A stretch of DNA of 33,533 bases from Saprolegnia diclina VS20 (Eukaryota), in NCBI RefSeq assembly GCF_000281045.1, contig NW_008246083.1, positions 4,057 through 37,589 on the forward strand. Reading direction: 5' to 3'. Below the pieces are notes generated by a model that did not search any database, was not told the origin of the DNA, and worked only from the letters and a program-made list of their open reading frames with translations. The position numbers and the translations under genes are program-made. Positions 1 through 10,005 of this stretch are shown piece by piece (the stretch's first letter is position 1; each line of letters opens with the position of its first letter).

Positions 1-6
1 CTGCAG

Positions 7-1609
7 GTCGTGCCGTACAACCTCAAGTACTTTGCAGCGGGAGCGCCAATGCCCATGGACATGTTCAAGGCCACCAACATGACGTCCAGTACGCTCCCAA
101 GAAACGCTATTCAACAACTCATCTTTTGTGTAGTGTGCGACCAGTGCCGCGCCTTCTTGCAGACGTACTGCGGGCCCGATCCGAGCTGCCGACAGCTCAT
201 GACCGACTTCCAGCGCAACATGAACCAAACAATCCTCAGCATGATCAACGCCGGCAACGGAAGCTTCATCGACGTCTCGGATCTCATCGCGCGCAGCGTA
301 CCAGCGGGGACCCCGGCGCGTGCAGCGTCCGTTTTTGGTCTCTACCACTCGTGTCTCTCGCAGTATCAATGCCCACTGGTCAAGACGCCACCGAATGCGC
401 CGTTGGTGCCCGTGCTTGTCGCGAGTGACGAAATGCACATGGTGATGATCTACAACCGAACGACCAACTTCAACCTCACGTTGACGTACCCGGCCCTCAA
501 CGTGACGGTGAACATCAACAGCTCAGCCATGTCATTCGACTACAACAACTCCATGTCGTCGTTTGACGCCACGTATGCGCTGGCGTCGAAGTGGAACGCA
601 ACGATGAAGCCGGCAGCGTATCTCGACTGCTCCAACACGGTGCCGTGCTACTTGGTGATGTACTTTCCGCACTCGATTCTGCCGCTGTCGCTACCAGATA
701 TCGCGTGCAACGAAACCTATTCGACATTCAAGCGGTCGGCGTCGCAAGTGCTTCAGCTCATCCCTGCGAATACCACGGGCAACAACGTGAACCCGGAGAT
801 TGTCCAAAGCCGTACGTTCCTCTTCGACGATGGAATTCAGCGGTCTCACCTTGTGCTTAGCGGCGTGTGCCCGCTGCATGCAGCACTTAGCAACCTGCAA
901 CCTCAGCCCGCTCAATTGCTACGGTTTGTTCATGTGCGCCGAGGCAGAAAAAGCGATGCAACAAATGTACAACGGGACCTTCTCCGCCACGTCCGCCGGG
1001 CTCTACGCGACGCAGAGCATCAACGTCTCATCGTGCCTAACGAATGTGTCGCTGGCGAGGGCGGCCCCATACCTCGCGTATTGGAGCTGCTATGGGACCA
1101 ACATGTGTCCGGTCGGACCGACGTTGAGCCAGATCTCGGCCGGTCGGAGTCTCGTGACCTCGGTGACGCCTGGCTACCAGAAGATCCTCGTTTCGGGGGC
1201 CCTCACAGCGTCCGTGAGCCTCGAGTTCCGCCTCCTCGACGCCTTCCTTGGTCGTATCGACTACATTTCACTCTACTCGTCGTCGTCCGTGCTCGCGAGC
1301 CAGCTCCAAGCGATGTTCAAGTCTTTGGGCACTGTGTCTCTCTCGACATCGCAAGAAACCAACACGATGTGGTACATTCAGCTAACGTACAGCAACTACA
1401 TTGGGCCCCTGCCAACGCTGACGATTGTCTCGTCTGCGTCTGTGACCGCGTCGCTTGTCAATGCGAATCCATCGTCGCAATACTACGAGGTCTTGCCGCT
1501 CAGTGCCGTCAAGTACGGCTTCCCGTACCAAGCCGCCGCACCGACACCGTTCCAGCCGTCGCCAGCGCCGCTACCCATGTACGGCACCATCACCTTTCCA
1601 TCGGCGTAG
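7..1609 (+). CDS. 3' portion of a large Cys-rich, repeat-module, probably secreted/surface hypothetical protein (5' end outside window)
   Basis: Acceptor ctgcag at 1-6. Predicted exons 7-88, 134-811, 861-1609, with GT-AG introns 89-133 (in frame) and 812-860; the second joins ORF 10.. to the frame of ORF 800..1609. Two related modules, each CxxC...C...C followed by a beta-rich segment ending 'YFPHSILPLSLP' or 'LTYSNYIGPLP'. Many N-x-S/T sequons. The stop at 1607-1609 may be intronic. Confidence 0.7.
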
Positions 1610-1659
1610 ATAGCCCTAGTGCCTGTGCCAAATCAATGGTTGCATTTTGTTTATTGCCA

Positions 1660-2700
1660 TGAGTTGGCGCCAACTGCCTCCACTGCACGTCGCTCTTGTT
1701 CAGCTCCTGGGCGGCCATCAACGCCAACGTCTCGGCGCTGCTCGGTGCTTGGTCCCGAGGTTGATTACGTCCGTGCAATGGAGACATCAAGCACCGTGTG
1801 TGCCCACGTCGCTCCAGTCGATGGCACCTTTTGCACTATACGACTCGTACATGAGCAACTACCAGTGCACGCTCAACTCGACAATGGTCGACTGAAGCTC
1901 ACCATGTCGTTCGAGCAGCGCGTCAAGCGGTCTCCACTACGCGTTGCAGTCCGTCTATCACCTCGTTGTGCCCACTTGCCGTCCCTTGTGCATCATCTCG
2001 CTGACATTCCCCAACCTTGCGATGCCGTTGCCATTGCCGACGGTTCCGTCAGCGTTCGCGACGGCCACCGCGAAACAACGCTTGCCGCCACCGGTGATCA
2101 CCAGCACGGCGTTCGTGCTCAGCGGTGCGGTTTGAACTAGAAGGACACTCACAATGCGCGTTGAGCGCGTCCGCTACCAACGCGGCGTAAGTTCTGAGCT
2201 GTCGGTGCTCCATGCCTTCCAAGCGATGCCGCTGTTGTCGTACGCTGGATTTGCTTTGCCACTAAAGCTTTTGCGACCAGCTGCCTCTTGCAATAGGCTT
2301 GTGCCGTCGTCGCCGACCAAAGCCTGCAAGCCACCAACAAGTCCAACTTGGCCAACCGCATGGTTGTGCCGACGACAATGCCAGCAATCCAAACGCTCTC
2401 TTTTGTCGCGACCAAATATGCTACTTCCAGCCAAGTCTGTGAGGCACGAGCTTCGGTGCCGTCCTTGATGTGGCCTTGGCAACGCCAGCAGCGACAATCG
2501 ATATGCTTGTGTAGGCGCTGGTCGGTGGCGTGAACCTACGTTAGACTGCACAAACCTGACGTCGTGGAGTCTCTCGTACACCAACAACATTGGTCTGTCC
2601 GTGCCCTCGTACGGGTCGTATAATGTTGGCCCATTCAACGTCGCAGCGTACGACTCCCCTTATTCTGCACTCGAATCCGATACCTCCAGTGAACTATGCA
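1660..2700 (+). pseudogene. Degenerate continuation/paralog of the upstream Cys-rich repeat protein
   Basis: Fragments in different frames, separated by stops, match the upstream modules: NCLHC (~1672), ALYDSYMSNYQCTL (~1833; cf. GLYHSCLSQYQCPL), CIISLTFPNLAMPLPLP (~1989; cf. CYLVMYFPHSILPLSLP), WSLSYTNNIG (~2565; cf. WYIQLTYSNYIG). Confidence 0.55.
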
Positions 2701-3196
2701 GGAAGATACAGCCTACTGGTTGGCATGCAACCAAAGGCAGGATTTACATTCGCCACGACGATGTTTCTGTCACTGCGAATCTGCTCGACCACGACCACAA
2801 GTGGTCAAGCTGCCGTCGACTTGTTTCCTGGTTTCCTTTTCAGGTTCTGCGAACGAGTACCTTGGGCTAGACCTTACACACCCGCTTCGCGCCAAATGAA
2901 CCCCGTAATGCTTGGCCCCAAGGACAGTCCGAGAACCATTAATCTGTCATAGGACCACACCACGATCAAACGGCTGTCGTCAACAGTCTGTCAGGTCTGA
3001 GTGCAAACGACCTAAGAGTGGATACCGCGCTTGCCACCCGTCAGCAAGTCAGCACTATAGAAAGCGACGAGTCGCGAGCTACTTCGTTGGAGCATCGACC
3101 ATTCGCAGGTACTCGTGGGTGGCGGTTGAGCGCAACAAATAGCGTGGGTTTCTAAACGCGGTGTTTTTAGCCGTTGCCGAACGTTTGCACGAGTAG

Positions 3197-3305
3197 CCAA
3201 TCACAGCGCCGCGGCTACTTACGTGGCCAATCGGCGACGCGTCAAAGATCGGGCAGTTTCGATCCCCAGGTCGCGCCTGATTGAGACAGCTCATTTTCAC
3301 ATTTG
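3197..3305 (+). promoter_or_regulatory. Oomycete core promoter: CCAAT boxes plus Inr/FPR element
   Basis: CCAAT at 3197 and 3227. GCTCATTTTCACATTTG starting at 3289 matches the oomycete Inr+FPR consensus (TCATTYYNNAWTT), about 30 nt before the ATG at 3335. Confidence 0.7.
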
Positions 3306-3334
3306 CGTCGTCGCATCCGGAAGCCTACTCGACC

Positions 3335-3441
3335 ATGCCGCAACCGCAGAAGGGCGCTGGATCCAACAAGAACGTGGCCAAGGGCAAGGGCAAGGACACC
3401 GACTCGGGCAAGGGCGGCAACCACAAGGGCTCGTCCGGCGG
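3335..3441 (+). CDS. N-terminus of a Gly/Lys-rich protein, truncated by the assembly gap
   Basis: ATG follows a good core promoter. Reads MPQPQKGAGSNKNVAKGKGKDTDSGKGGNHKGSSG with strong C/G-ending codon bias and runs into Ns. Identity unknown. Confidence 0.6.
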
Positions 3442-3661
3442 NNNNNNNNNNNNNNNNNNNNNNNNNNNNNNNNNNNNNNNNNNNNNNNNNNNNNNNNNNN
3501 NNNNNNNNNNNNNNNNNNNNNNNNNNNNNNNNNNNNNNNNNNNNNNNNNNNNNNNNNNNNNNNNNNNNNNNNNNNNNNNNNNNNNNNNNNNNNNNNNNNN
3601 NNNNNNNNNNNNNNNNNNNNNNNNNNNNNNNNNNNNNNNNNNNNNNNNNNNNNNNNNNNNN
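3442..3661. other. Assembly gap (220 N)
   Basis: Run of N. Confidence 1.
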
Positions 3662-3680
3662 GCGCGGGAAATTTGAATTT
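3662..3680 (+). promoter_or_regulatory. E2F site fused to a CHR-like element (GCGCGGGAAATTTGAATTT)
   Basis: GCGCGGGAAA is the reverse complement of TTTCCCGCGC (E2F). It is followed by TTTGAA with the 4-nt CDE-CHR spacing known from animal DREAM targets. The target gene is unclear because the motif abuts the gap. Confidence 0.45.
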
Positions 3681-4344
3681 ACCGTGCGCGCTCGAAGCCG
3701 TTACGCGTGTCTAACGCATCTTCACGGTCCCCATCCCACGCCCTTGTCGCAAGTTGGCGCCGATCCTGCTTCTGGAAGAAGCACGTCGAGAAGCAGCACG
3801 AAGCTCCACTTATACCAAGTACACCGTATGAGATGGCTCCCCACTGTTCGTTCCCAAAAGACCTTCTTCCTAAGATCATTAGAGATGTTTCGATCGGCAG
3901 AGAGACAAGGAGGTCAAGTAGCTGTGGCCGGTGGCTTCTACTACTGACGTGGCTGCACGAGGGCTGCTTGGCGTCTCGTGAGGAATCCGCGCCGGAGGTT
4001 GTTTGCACTTGCATTTTGTATGTACATAGAATCCACGAGAGGCCTTCACTGCCTATTTTATTTGGCGCTCTCCAGTGGGAAACGATGGCGTCATATTGAT
4101 GTATTTTTCTCGATTTCATACAATGTGGAAGAGATCAAACAATAGTAATATACAATAGTTGGTTGTGGGAGGATTATTAATATAAAAATCTCGGCGAGAA
4201 TTCCGGCTGCGGAAAATAATTACGGTCGCATCTTCGCAGAGAACACGGCAGTAGAAGAAGTTCCACGCGGTCCTCGTCCCTCCACGTAGGCGACGGCCAC
4301 GGACCATGGCGTCTCATGCTCTCTACCTTGTCCCTAGAGACAGC

Positions 4345-6478
4345 ATGGAGCGCCCCGCCAAGGTCGTGACCATGGGCGAGTACGTCGTCGAGAAGAAGAT
4401 TGGCAAGGGCTCGTATGCGCAGGTCTACCGCGGCTACCACCAGGTCACGCACGTCCCGGTTGCCGTCAAGGTCATCGACGGCTCCAAGCTCAACCCAAAG
4501 CTCCTCGACAACCTTGGCGTCGAGATCTCGATCATGCAGCAGATGAACCACCCAAACATTGTGCGCTTGTTCTCGATCACCAAGTCCAAGTCGTCCGTGC
4601 ATCTCTTCATGGAGTACTGCGAGGGCGGCGACTTGTCCCAGTTTATGAAGCGCCAGCCACACGGCGTCGTCCCCGAGGCCTTGGCCCGGCACTTGATCCG
4701 CGAATTGGCCGACGGCCTCCACGCGCTCTGGCGACAGAACCTCATCCACCGCGACCTCAAGCCCCAGAACCTCCTCCTCGCCGACACCTCGCCGGTCCCG
4801 CGCCTCAAGATTGGTACGTCATGGCATGTTGAACGACACATCCGATACGATTATACATGTCCATGTAGCTGACTTTGGCTTTGCCCGGCACTTGGCCACG
4901 GCGTCGCTCGCGGAAACACTCTGCGGATCGCCGCTCTACATGGTGCACAAGGTCTTTTCTTGATTGCTCGGCCTAAACACGGCGTCTCTAGGCGCCCGAG
5001 ATCATGCGCTTTCACAAGTATGACTCGAAGGCTGACCTTTGGTCGGTGGGCACCATCCTCTACGAGATGGTATCGATCGTCGCCGTGGAGCTGCTAGCTC
5101 ATGACGATGCGGCGTAGATCTTTGGCCGCACGCCGTTTCATGGCGCTAGCCAAATGGAGCTCTTGCGCAATATTGAGCGGTACGAGCTGCGCTTCCCTGA
5201 GAACCACAACGTGCCACGCGACTGCATCGAACTCATGCAGGTAGTAGCTCATGGACTTGAGTAAGTTGTTGGCGGCTCACAAAGATATAGGGCTTGCTGC
5301 GGCGGGACCCGAGTCGACGCATGGGGTTTGAGGAGTTTTTTGCCCATCCGTACATTGGCAAGGAGTACGACATGACCAAGTCCATCGTGGTCCCACCGAC
5401 AGCGTCGAGCCCACCTGCAGCGCCGTCCTCGACCGCACGAAGCGTGACCGCGCCTCTCGACATTCAGCGCCGCGTTCCCGAGGGTCTACCTACACATACG
5501 TCGCCGCCCACGGCCCTATTGCAGCCACTGAGCTTGGGGTCGTCGACGCGGTTGCAAGAGAGCTACCGATCGAGCGTCATGCAAAGCTATCGCCGACGAA
5601 GCGCATCGACGTCGCAGCACCGAGCAACGTCATCGATCCATCAGAACAGCCCGACGATGCCCATGAGCCCAGAGCTCGTCGCGTCGCCAACGCCCCGCAT
5701 CAACCCGTTCAAGTCGAGTTTGTCGAGCACGCCGCCGACTAGCGCATTTGCGTTCACTGCGTCGTCGGCCCCATCGCTCTATTCCTCCAAACATTCGTCG
5801 GTCGCGGTCGTCCAGCGGGCCAAGCCCACGCCGGTCATCGAGTACACGTGCGACACGAGCCTCGACATAAGTTACCAGCGCATCCAAACCATGATGACAA
5901 TCGCCGAGGCACTCTTGTCGCTGCCGGGAGTGGACACGACCGCGTCGTACACGTCGTCGGCGTCATCGTCGTCGTCGTCGACGCACTCGATCTCGTCGCC
6001 GACCGCGTCGAGCGATCTGGATGCCCACCCCGAAGCGCGGCGGCAGGCGAGCGCGCTGCAGTTGTACCTCATGTGCTTGCACTTTCTGCAGCATGCGTAT
6101 GCGATTGCAGGGCGCAGTGTGTCGGCGCGTGCGTGGATCAACGACTGTCTCAACGTGTGTTTGGATCGCGCCGAGCAGTGCAAAAAATACTGTGGCCCGC
6201 TGCTTTTGGACGCGGCGCTGCCGAGCGGCGAAGACGTTTTGTACTACCACGCCATGCGCCTCGGCCGCGACGGCGCCGTCCAAGAGGTCCTGGGGCAATG
6301 GCCGCACGCGCTCGAGCTCTACGAACGCGCACGCGTCCTCCTCGACAGCATTTTGGCGTGGAACGAGCTCACAAAGAAGACTTCGTCGCTCTCGATGGAC
6401 GACAAGCAGCGCATTGCCGTGTACGTCGATGGCTTTGCGCAGCGCATCCAGTGCGTCACCGCCAAGCAAGAACGCTAA
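4345..6478 (+). CDS. ATG1: ATG1/ULK serine/threonine protein kinase
   Basis: Exons 4345-4813, 4869-4942, 4992-5069, 5118-5240, 5291-6478 (GT-AG introns of 48-55 nt). Motifs [62 protein letters not shown]. Ser/Pro-rich linker and C-terminal tandem MIT-like region (ALQLY..., [15 protein letters not shown]). Possible 5'UTR intron 4286-4337; an alternative in-frame ATG lies at 4306. Confidence 0.93.
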
Positions 6479-6772
6479 ATTCCCCAACTCACCCTAAAAA
6501 CCACCACCGCGCTCTCGTTGGCGTTATCTAATACCATGCGTACCATACACCTCGTCGCCTATATGATGCAAGTCGCCCTTGGCGGCCACAACGCGACCGG
6601 TCGGCGCCGCTTCGGAGCGTGTCGATTCAAGATCGCGCGTAGCCAATCAGAGGCGCCGAGGTGTTTCGGTCGAAACGAAAAACCCCCGCCGACGGTTGAG
6701 AATAAAATTAGACGGAAAAATTTCAAATTCTCGGATTTTCATTGCTCAAGAAGCGACGCGAACGAGACGAGC

Positions 6773-7026
6773 ATGGCCGACGCGCAGGTGAAGAAGCTCA
6801 CGGACGAGATCGAGCGCCTCGAGGGCGACCTCAAGGCGCTCGAAGCCGCGTGCACGACGTCCGAGGCCGTCAAAAAGTACGTCCTCGCCTCGCCACGCGG
6901 TCCTCAACGGTATGTAGGATTGCCGAATTTTGCAACACGACGCCCGACCCGTTCCTTGGCGACAACGAGACGCCGAATCAGTGGCAGGCCAACGCACAAG
7001 GCGGCGGCGGTTGCGTCATACAGTGA
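6773..7026 (+). CDS. GPG1: Heterotrimeric G-protein gamma subunit (70 aa)
   Basis: Exons 6773-6876 and 6918-7026 (41-nt intron) give MADAQVKKLTDEIERLEGDLKALEAACTTSEAVKKIAEFCNTTPDPFLGDNETPNQWQANAQGGGGCVIQ. Coiled-coil N-terminus, SxA, DP(F)L, N-x-W and C-terminal CaaX (CVIQ) fit the GGL family. Confidence 0.9.
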
Positions 7027-7239
7027 AGCGCGTACACGCCCGACCCGCTCTCCTCGACCCTCCATGGTGCATGCCGATTAATGCTGTAGAAATATATTAA
7101 ATTACTGTCTCGTCGCGCTTGCGGATCTGCAGCTTCGGCCTTATGCAGTCGACTCGACGAGACAAGTGCGAGCGCGGCAACGTGGCCAAGCGACGTATAA
7201 CACATGGCGGTCGATTAAAAATGATGCTATTTAGTCTAT

Positions 7240-8349
7240 CTACTTTTTCTTGGCGTTCAAAAACGCGTCGCCCTTCTTGCCTTCAAAGCCGGCGCGGTTG
7301 CCGGCCGGCTTGGACGCCTTGATCTTCTCGGCGCGGGCTTCGGCGGCCGCGGAACGCAGTTGCTTCTTGCCCGCACGCGCGTTCGAGGCCTTGGTCTTTG
7401 CGCGCTCCTTGATGCCCTTCTTCTCTGTTGACACGCGTTGTTTCCACTCCTTGGAGCTCTTTTCCTTTTGCTTGAGCTTCTTCTTGAGCTTGTTGCGGAG
7501 GAGCTTCGGGTCGTCCATGACCTTGTCGCCCGACGCCTGCTTGAGCGCCTTCTCCCAGCCCTTGGCCTGCACGACCGCACGGCCCTCTTCCGTCTTCTTG
7601 AGCTCCTCCATGCGCGCCTTGTTGTTCTCGGCCTTCTTCAAAAGGTTCTTGATGCCATGGATGCTGCGGCCGTTCCGCGTCTTCTTCTCTTCCTTCTTTT
7701 CTTGGCCGAGGAGCAAGCTGCCGTACGAGATACCGTCGCCCGAGACGTCAGGCAAGGGCGCCGCCGCCGCCTCCTCGCTGGCCGAAGCCTTCGACTTCTT
7801 GTGACCGCTCTTGTCTTGGTTGCCCGTCGGCGCCTTGCGCTTCTTGGACTTGTCTATAGGATGCAGAAGTTAGCGTCAGGCGGTTCCGAGGCTCCTCGTA
7901 CCAGCATCAACCGGCGCAGGCGCCGCCTTGTCCTTCTTCGTCACCTTGTGCTCCTTGGTCGTCTGGCGCTTGGCGCGCATGGTTTCAAGGCGGCGCGCGA
8001 GGCGCTTCCGGAGCCCGTCGAGGCCCGTGAGCTCGCCTTCGTCGTCCGAGGCCTCGGCCTTGGCAGTCTCCTTCTCCTTTTCGTGGAGCTGCGTCTCTTG
8101 GTTCGTGAGCTGGAGCTTGGGGTTGAACTTGAGGCGCTTTGCGACCGGCTTGGCGGTCTCGTCCTCGGCGTCGGCCTCGAGCGCCGCAATCTGCTGGGCC
8201 TTGACGCCCTTGTGGTACTTCTTGTTCATGCTCTGCTTGAAGTTGTCTTCCGGCTCGGTCGGGAAGTACTGCGCGCTCGGGATGAGCTCCATGACGTTGC
8301 AGAAGAAGCGGTCCACGACGCCATAGTCCATCGTCGTCGTCGTCGTCAT
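7240..8349 (-). CDS. SURF6: SURF6/Rrp14 nucleolar ribosome-biogenesis protein
   Basis: Exons 8349-7902 and 7853-7240 (48-nt intron). N-terminal Rrp14-like 'FCNVMELIPSAQYF'. Lys-rich C-terminus with 'WEKALKQASGDKVMDDPKLLRNKLKKK...KSSKEWKQR' and 'RAGFEG'. Confidence 0.88.
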
Positions 8350-8400
8350 GTTGGTCTGCTCCACTACTACTAAATTGCAGCGTCGTATCCGGAAGCTCTA

Positions 8401-8503
8401 TTGATTGGTGGTGAAGATGAGGGACCAATCGCCAAACGGGCCAATCGCAGCCGCGATGCTTTCCGCGCATTTGATTGGCTCGAAGGATACCGTGTGAGCC
8501 AAT
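8401..8503. promoter_or_regulatory. Cluster of five CCAAT/ATTGG boxes upstream of SURF6
   Basis: ATTGG 8404, CCAAT 8425, CCAAT 8441, ATTGG 8474, CCAAT 8499. Confidence 0.6.
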
Positions 8504-8586
8504 GAAACGTCGAGAAATGCGAAAAGGGCGCGGCCACGGCCAAGGTGCACATTTGAAGCGACAAAGTCAACCGGCTTCGTTTCCAA

Positions 8587-9928
8587 TTAAGACGCGTGTG
8601 GTGGCGCGATAAGCGCCTTGACCGTGTTGCAGTTCCAGCCCTTGCTCTGGAGCTCAAAGAGCTGCTCTTGGAGGATCGCCGTGAGCTCAATCGTGCCTTT
8701 GAGAATCATGCGCAGCCCCGACTGCGTCTCCTTCTTGGGGTGGAGGCGAATCGCAGGCGTCTTGGCCGGCAACGCATCGTCGAACGGGGCCGAGTCCTTG
8801 GTCTTGGCGGCCCACAGCGCCGTCATGCGCTCAAATTCACGAAGTAGATACGATGTCGTTCGGTCGTCTTTGGACTCGGACACGCAATCGTAGTATAGAA
8901 AAGGATATCAAAAGTGTCGATGCTCAACAGGCGCTCTGGCACGTTCTCTTCGATGACGCGCACGACGACGAAATCTTCGCGGTTCTAGCCATGCCACTTC
9001 TCCATCGAACACGATTTTGTGGTCGGAACTCGCACCTTGGCCATGTAGTAGGTCTTCTTGGAGCCCTGGCGTCGCATGAGCTTGTTGGCTTGCGTCTACG
9101 GGCACATAATCGTATATCACTCGCATCTCAAATGTGGCAATTTGTCTTTATCGTACGATCTTGACTGCCACTTTTCGCTCTTGGTCGATCTTTTCTTGAA
9201 AAAGCTCAATCTACAACACAAAGTGGGATGCAAACGGCAAAAATGCGACGACGGTCGTACAGCAAAGTCCCGCTCTTTCTCCTTCTTTTTGTCGGCGGCG
9301 CGACGCAAGTACGTCTTGGACGTCGTCGATGTCTTCTACGTCCAAAGACTTCGTCAATGCCTCCAATGAAGCAATCTTGTACGACTGCAACTGTGCGGTG
9401 CGGTGCCGAGACGGGGCGATCTCGGCTCTCGAGATCACGAAAGCGAGCATGTGCCTCGACAGCTACCAGAATCCCGAGTCGTTTGGACAATGACGATCGA
9501 TATGTACGTGGACGGGACGAGACGCGCGCGGGTTTCGCGCTCTCGGGACGCGGTGGCAGCGTCTGCAACGTGATGCCATGGATCGTCTCGATGAGCAGCG
9601 GCGGCTGTGCCGACTATAGGGCCATGAGTGCTGCCATCGCCCCGTACGTGTTGACACACCTCGTGCGAGACGTATCGCTTTGGGGGCGCCGAGATCGGGC
9701 GATAATTGGCTAGTACATTTAAGATCACACAGCGTCGTCGTGTCGATCGCGAGAACCTCCGCTCGGTTTCGACCCATAGAATCCTTCGGTTGGCATCATC
9801 ATGTCAATGGCATTCTCTTCGGAGGTGTCCTAGTCGCATGCTCTTATATTACGATCCGTGTTTACACGCAGCAGTATTCTACATACCTCTTGAATCGGGC
9901 TCCCGTCGTCGTCGTCGTGCTGCTGCAT
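8587..9928 (-). CDS. Hypothetical protein, 10 exons, ~290 aa, containing one AT-AC (U12-type) intron
   Basis: Exons 9928-9887, 9829-9757, 9709-9660, 9613-9508, 9462-9383, 9335-9261, 9210-9157, 9095-9036, 8984-8909, 8843-8587 total 873 nt with all phases consistent. Eight GT-AG introns (45-61 nt) plus the AT-AC intron 8908-8844. Protein reads MQQHDDDDGSPIQE...ERLLSIDTFVREFERMT...QSKGWNCNTVKALIAPPHAS. Confidence 0.75.
8844..8908 (-). other. U12-type (minor spliceosome) AT-AC intron, 65 nt
   Basis: On the minus strand the intron begins ATATCCTTTT (canonical U12 5' splice site) and ends TATCTAC. Removing it restores the frame (TTT G|TT CGT GAA TTT = F V R E F). Confidence 0.75.
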
Positions 9929-10005
9929 TTTCGCTCAGTCGCAAAACGCCTTTGTGGCTAAATTTACGCGCCCAAATTAGACAGGCGTGTCATTTTTGGC
10001 TTTGG

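Noticed and set aside
812..1662. C-terminal half of the 550-aa ORF 10..1662
   Set aside because: Read-through of intron 812-860 into a shadow frame; the real frame is that of ORF 800..1609.
3335..3441. Parvulin/PIN4 assignment for the G/K-rich N-terminus
   Set aside because: Only compositional similarity; no catalytic domain is visible because of the gap.
7438..8373. Long antisense ORFs (also 12278-13426, 20122-21069, 25465-26499 and others)
   Set aside because: Shadow ORFs produced by GC-rich codon bias of real genes on the other strand.
8483..8490. GTATCCTT (U12 donor-like) on the minus strand; similar ATATCCTT near 33288
   Set aside because: Both lie outside any coding model, with no frame logic or branch point to support an intron.
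8875..8942. Alternative GT...GAG intron or 1-nt frameshift to repair the hypothetical gene
   Set aside because: It needs a rare GAG acceptor and removes coding-like sequence. The perfect ATATCCTT...TAC intron explains the frame better, though the alternative is not formally excluded.
9706..10005. 5' extension of the 579-aa ORF
   Set aside because: It overlaps exons of the opposite-strand gene and has no ATG context; ATG 10006 follows the promoter motif.
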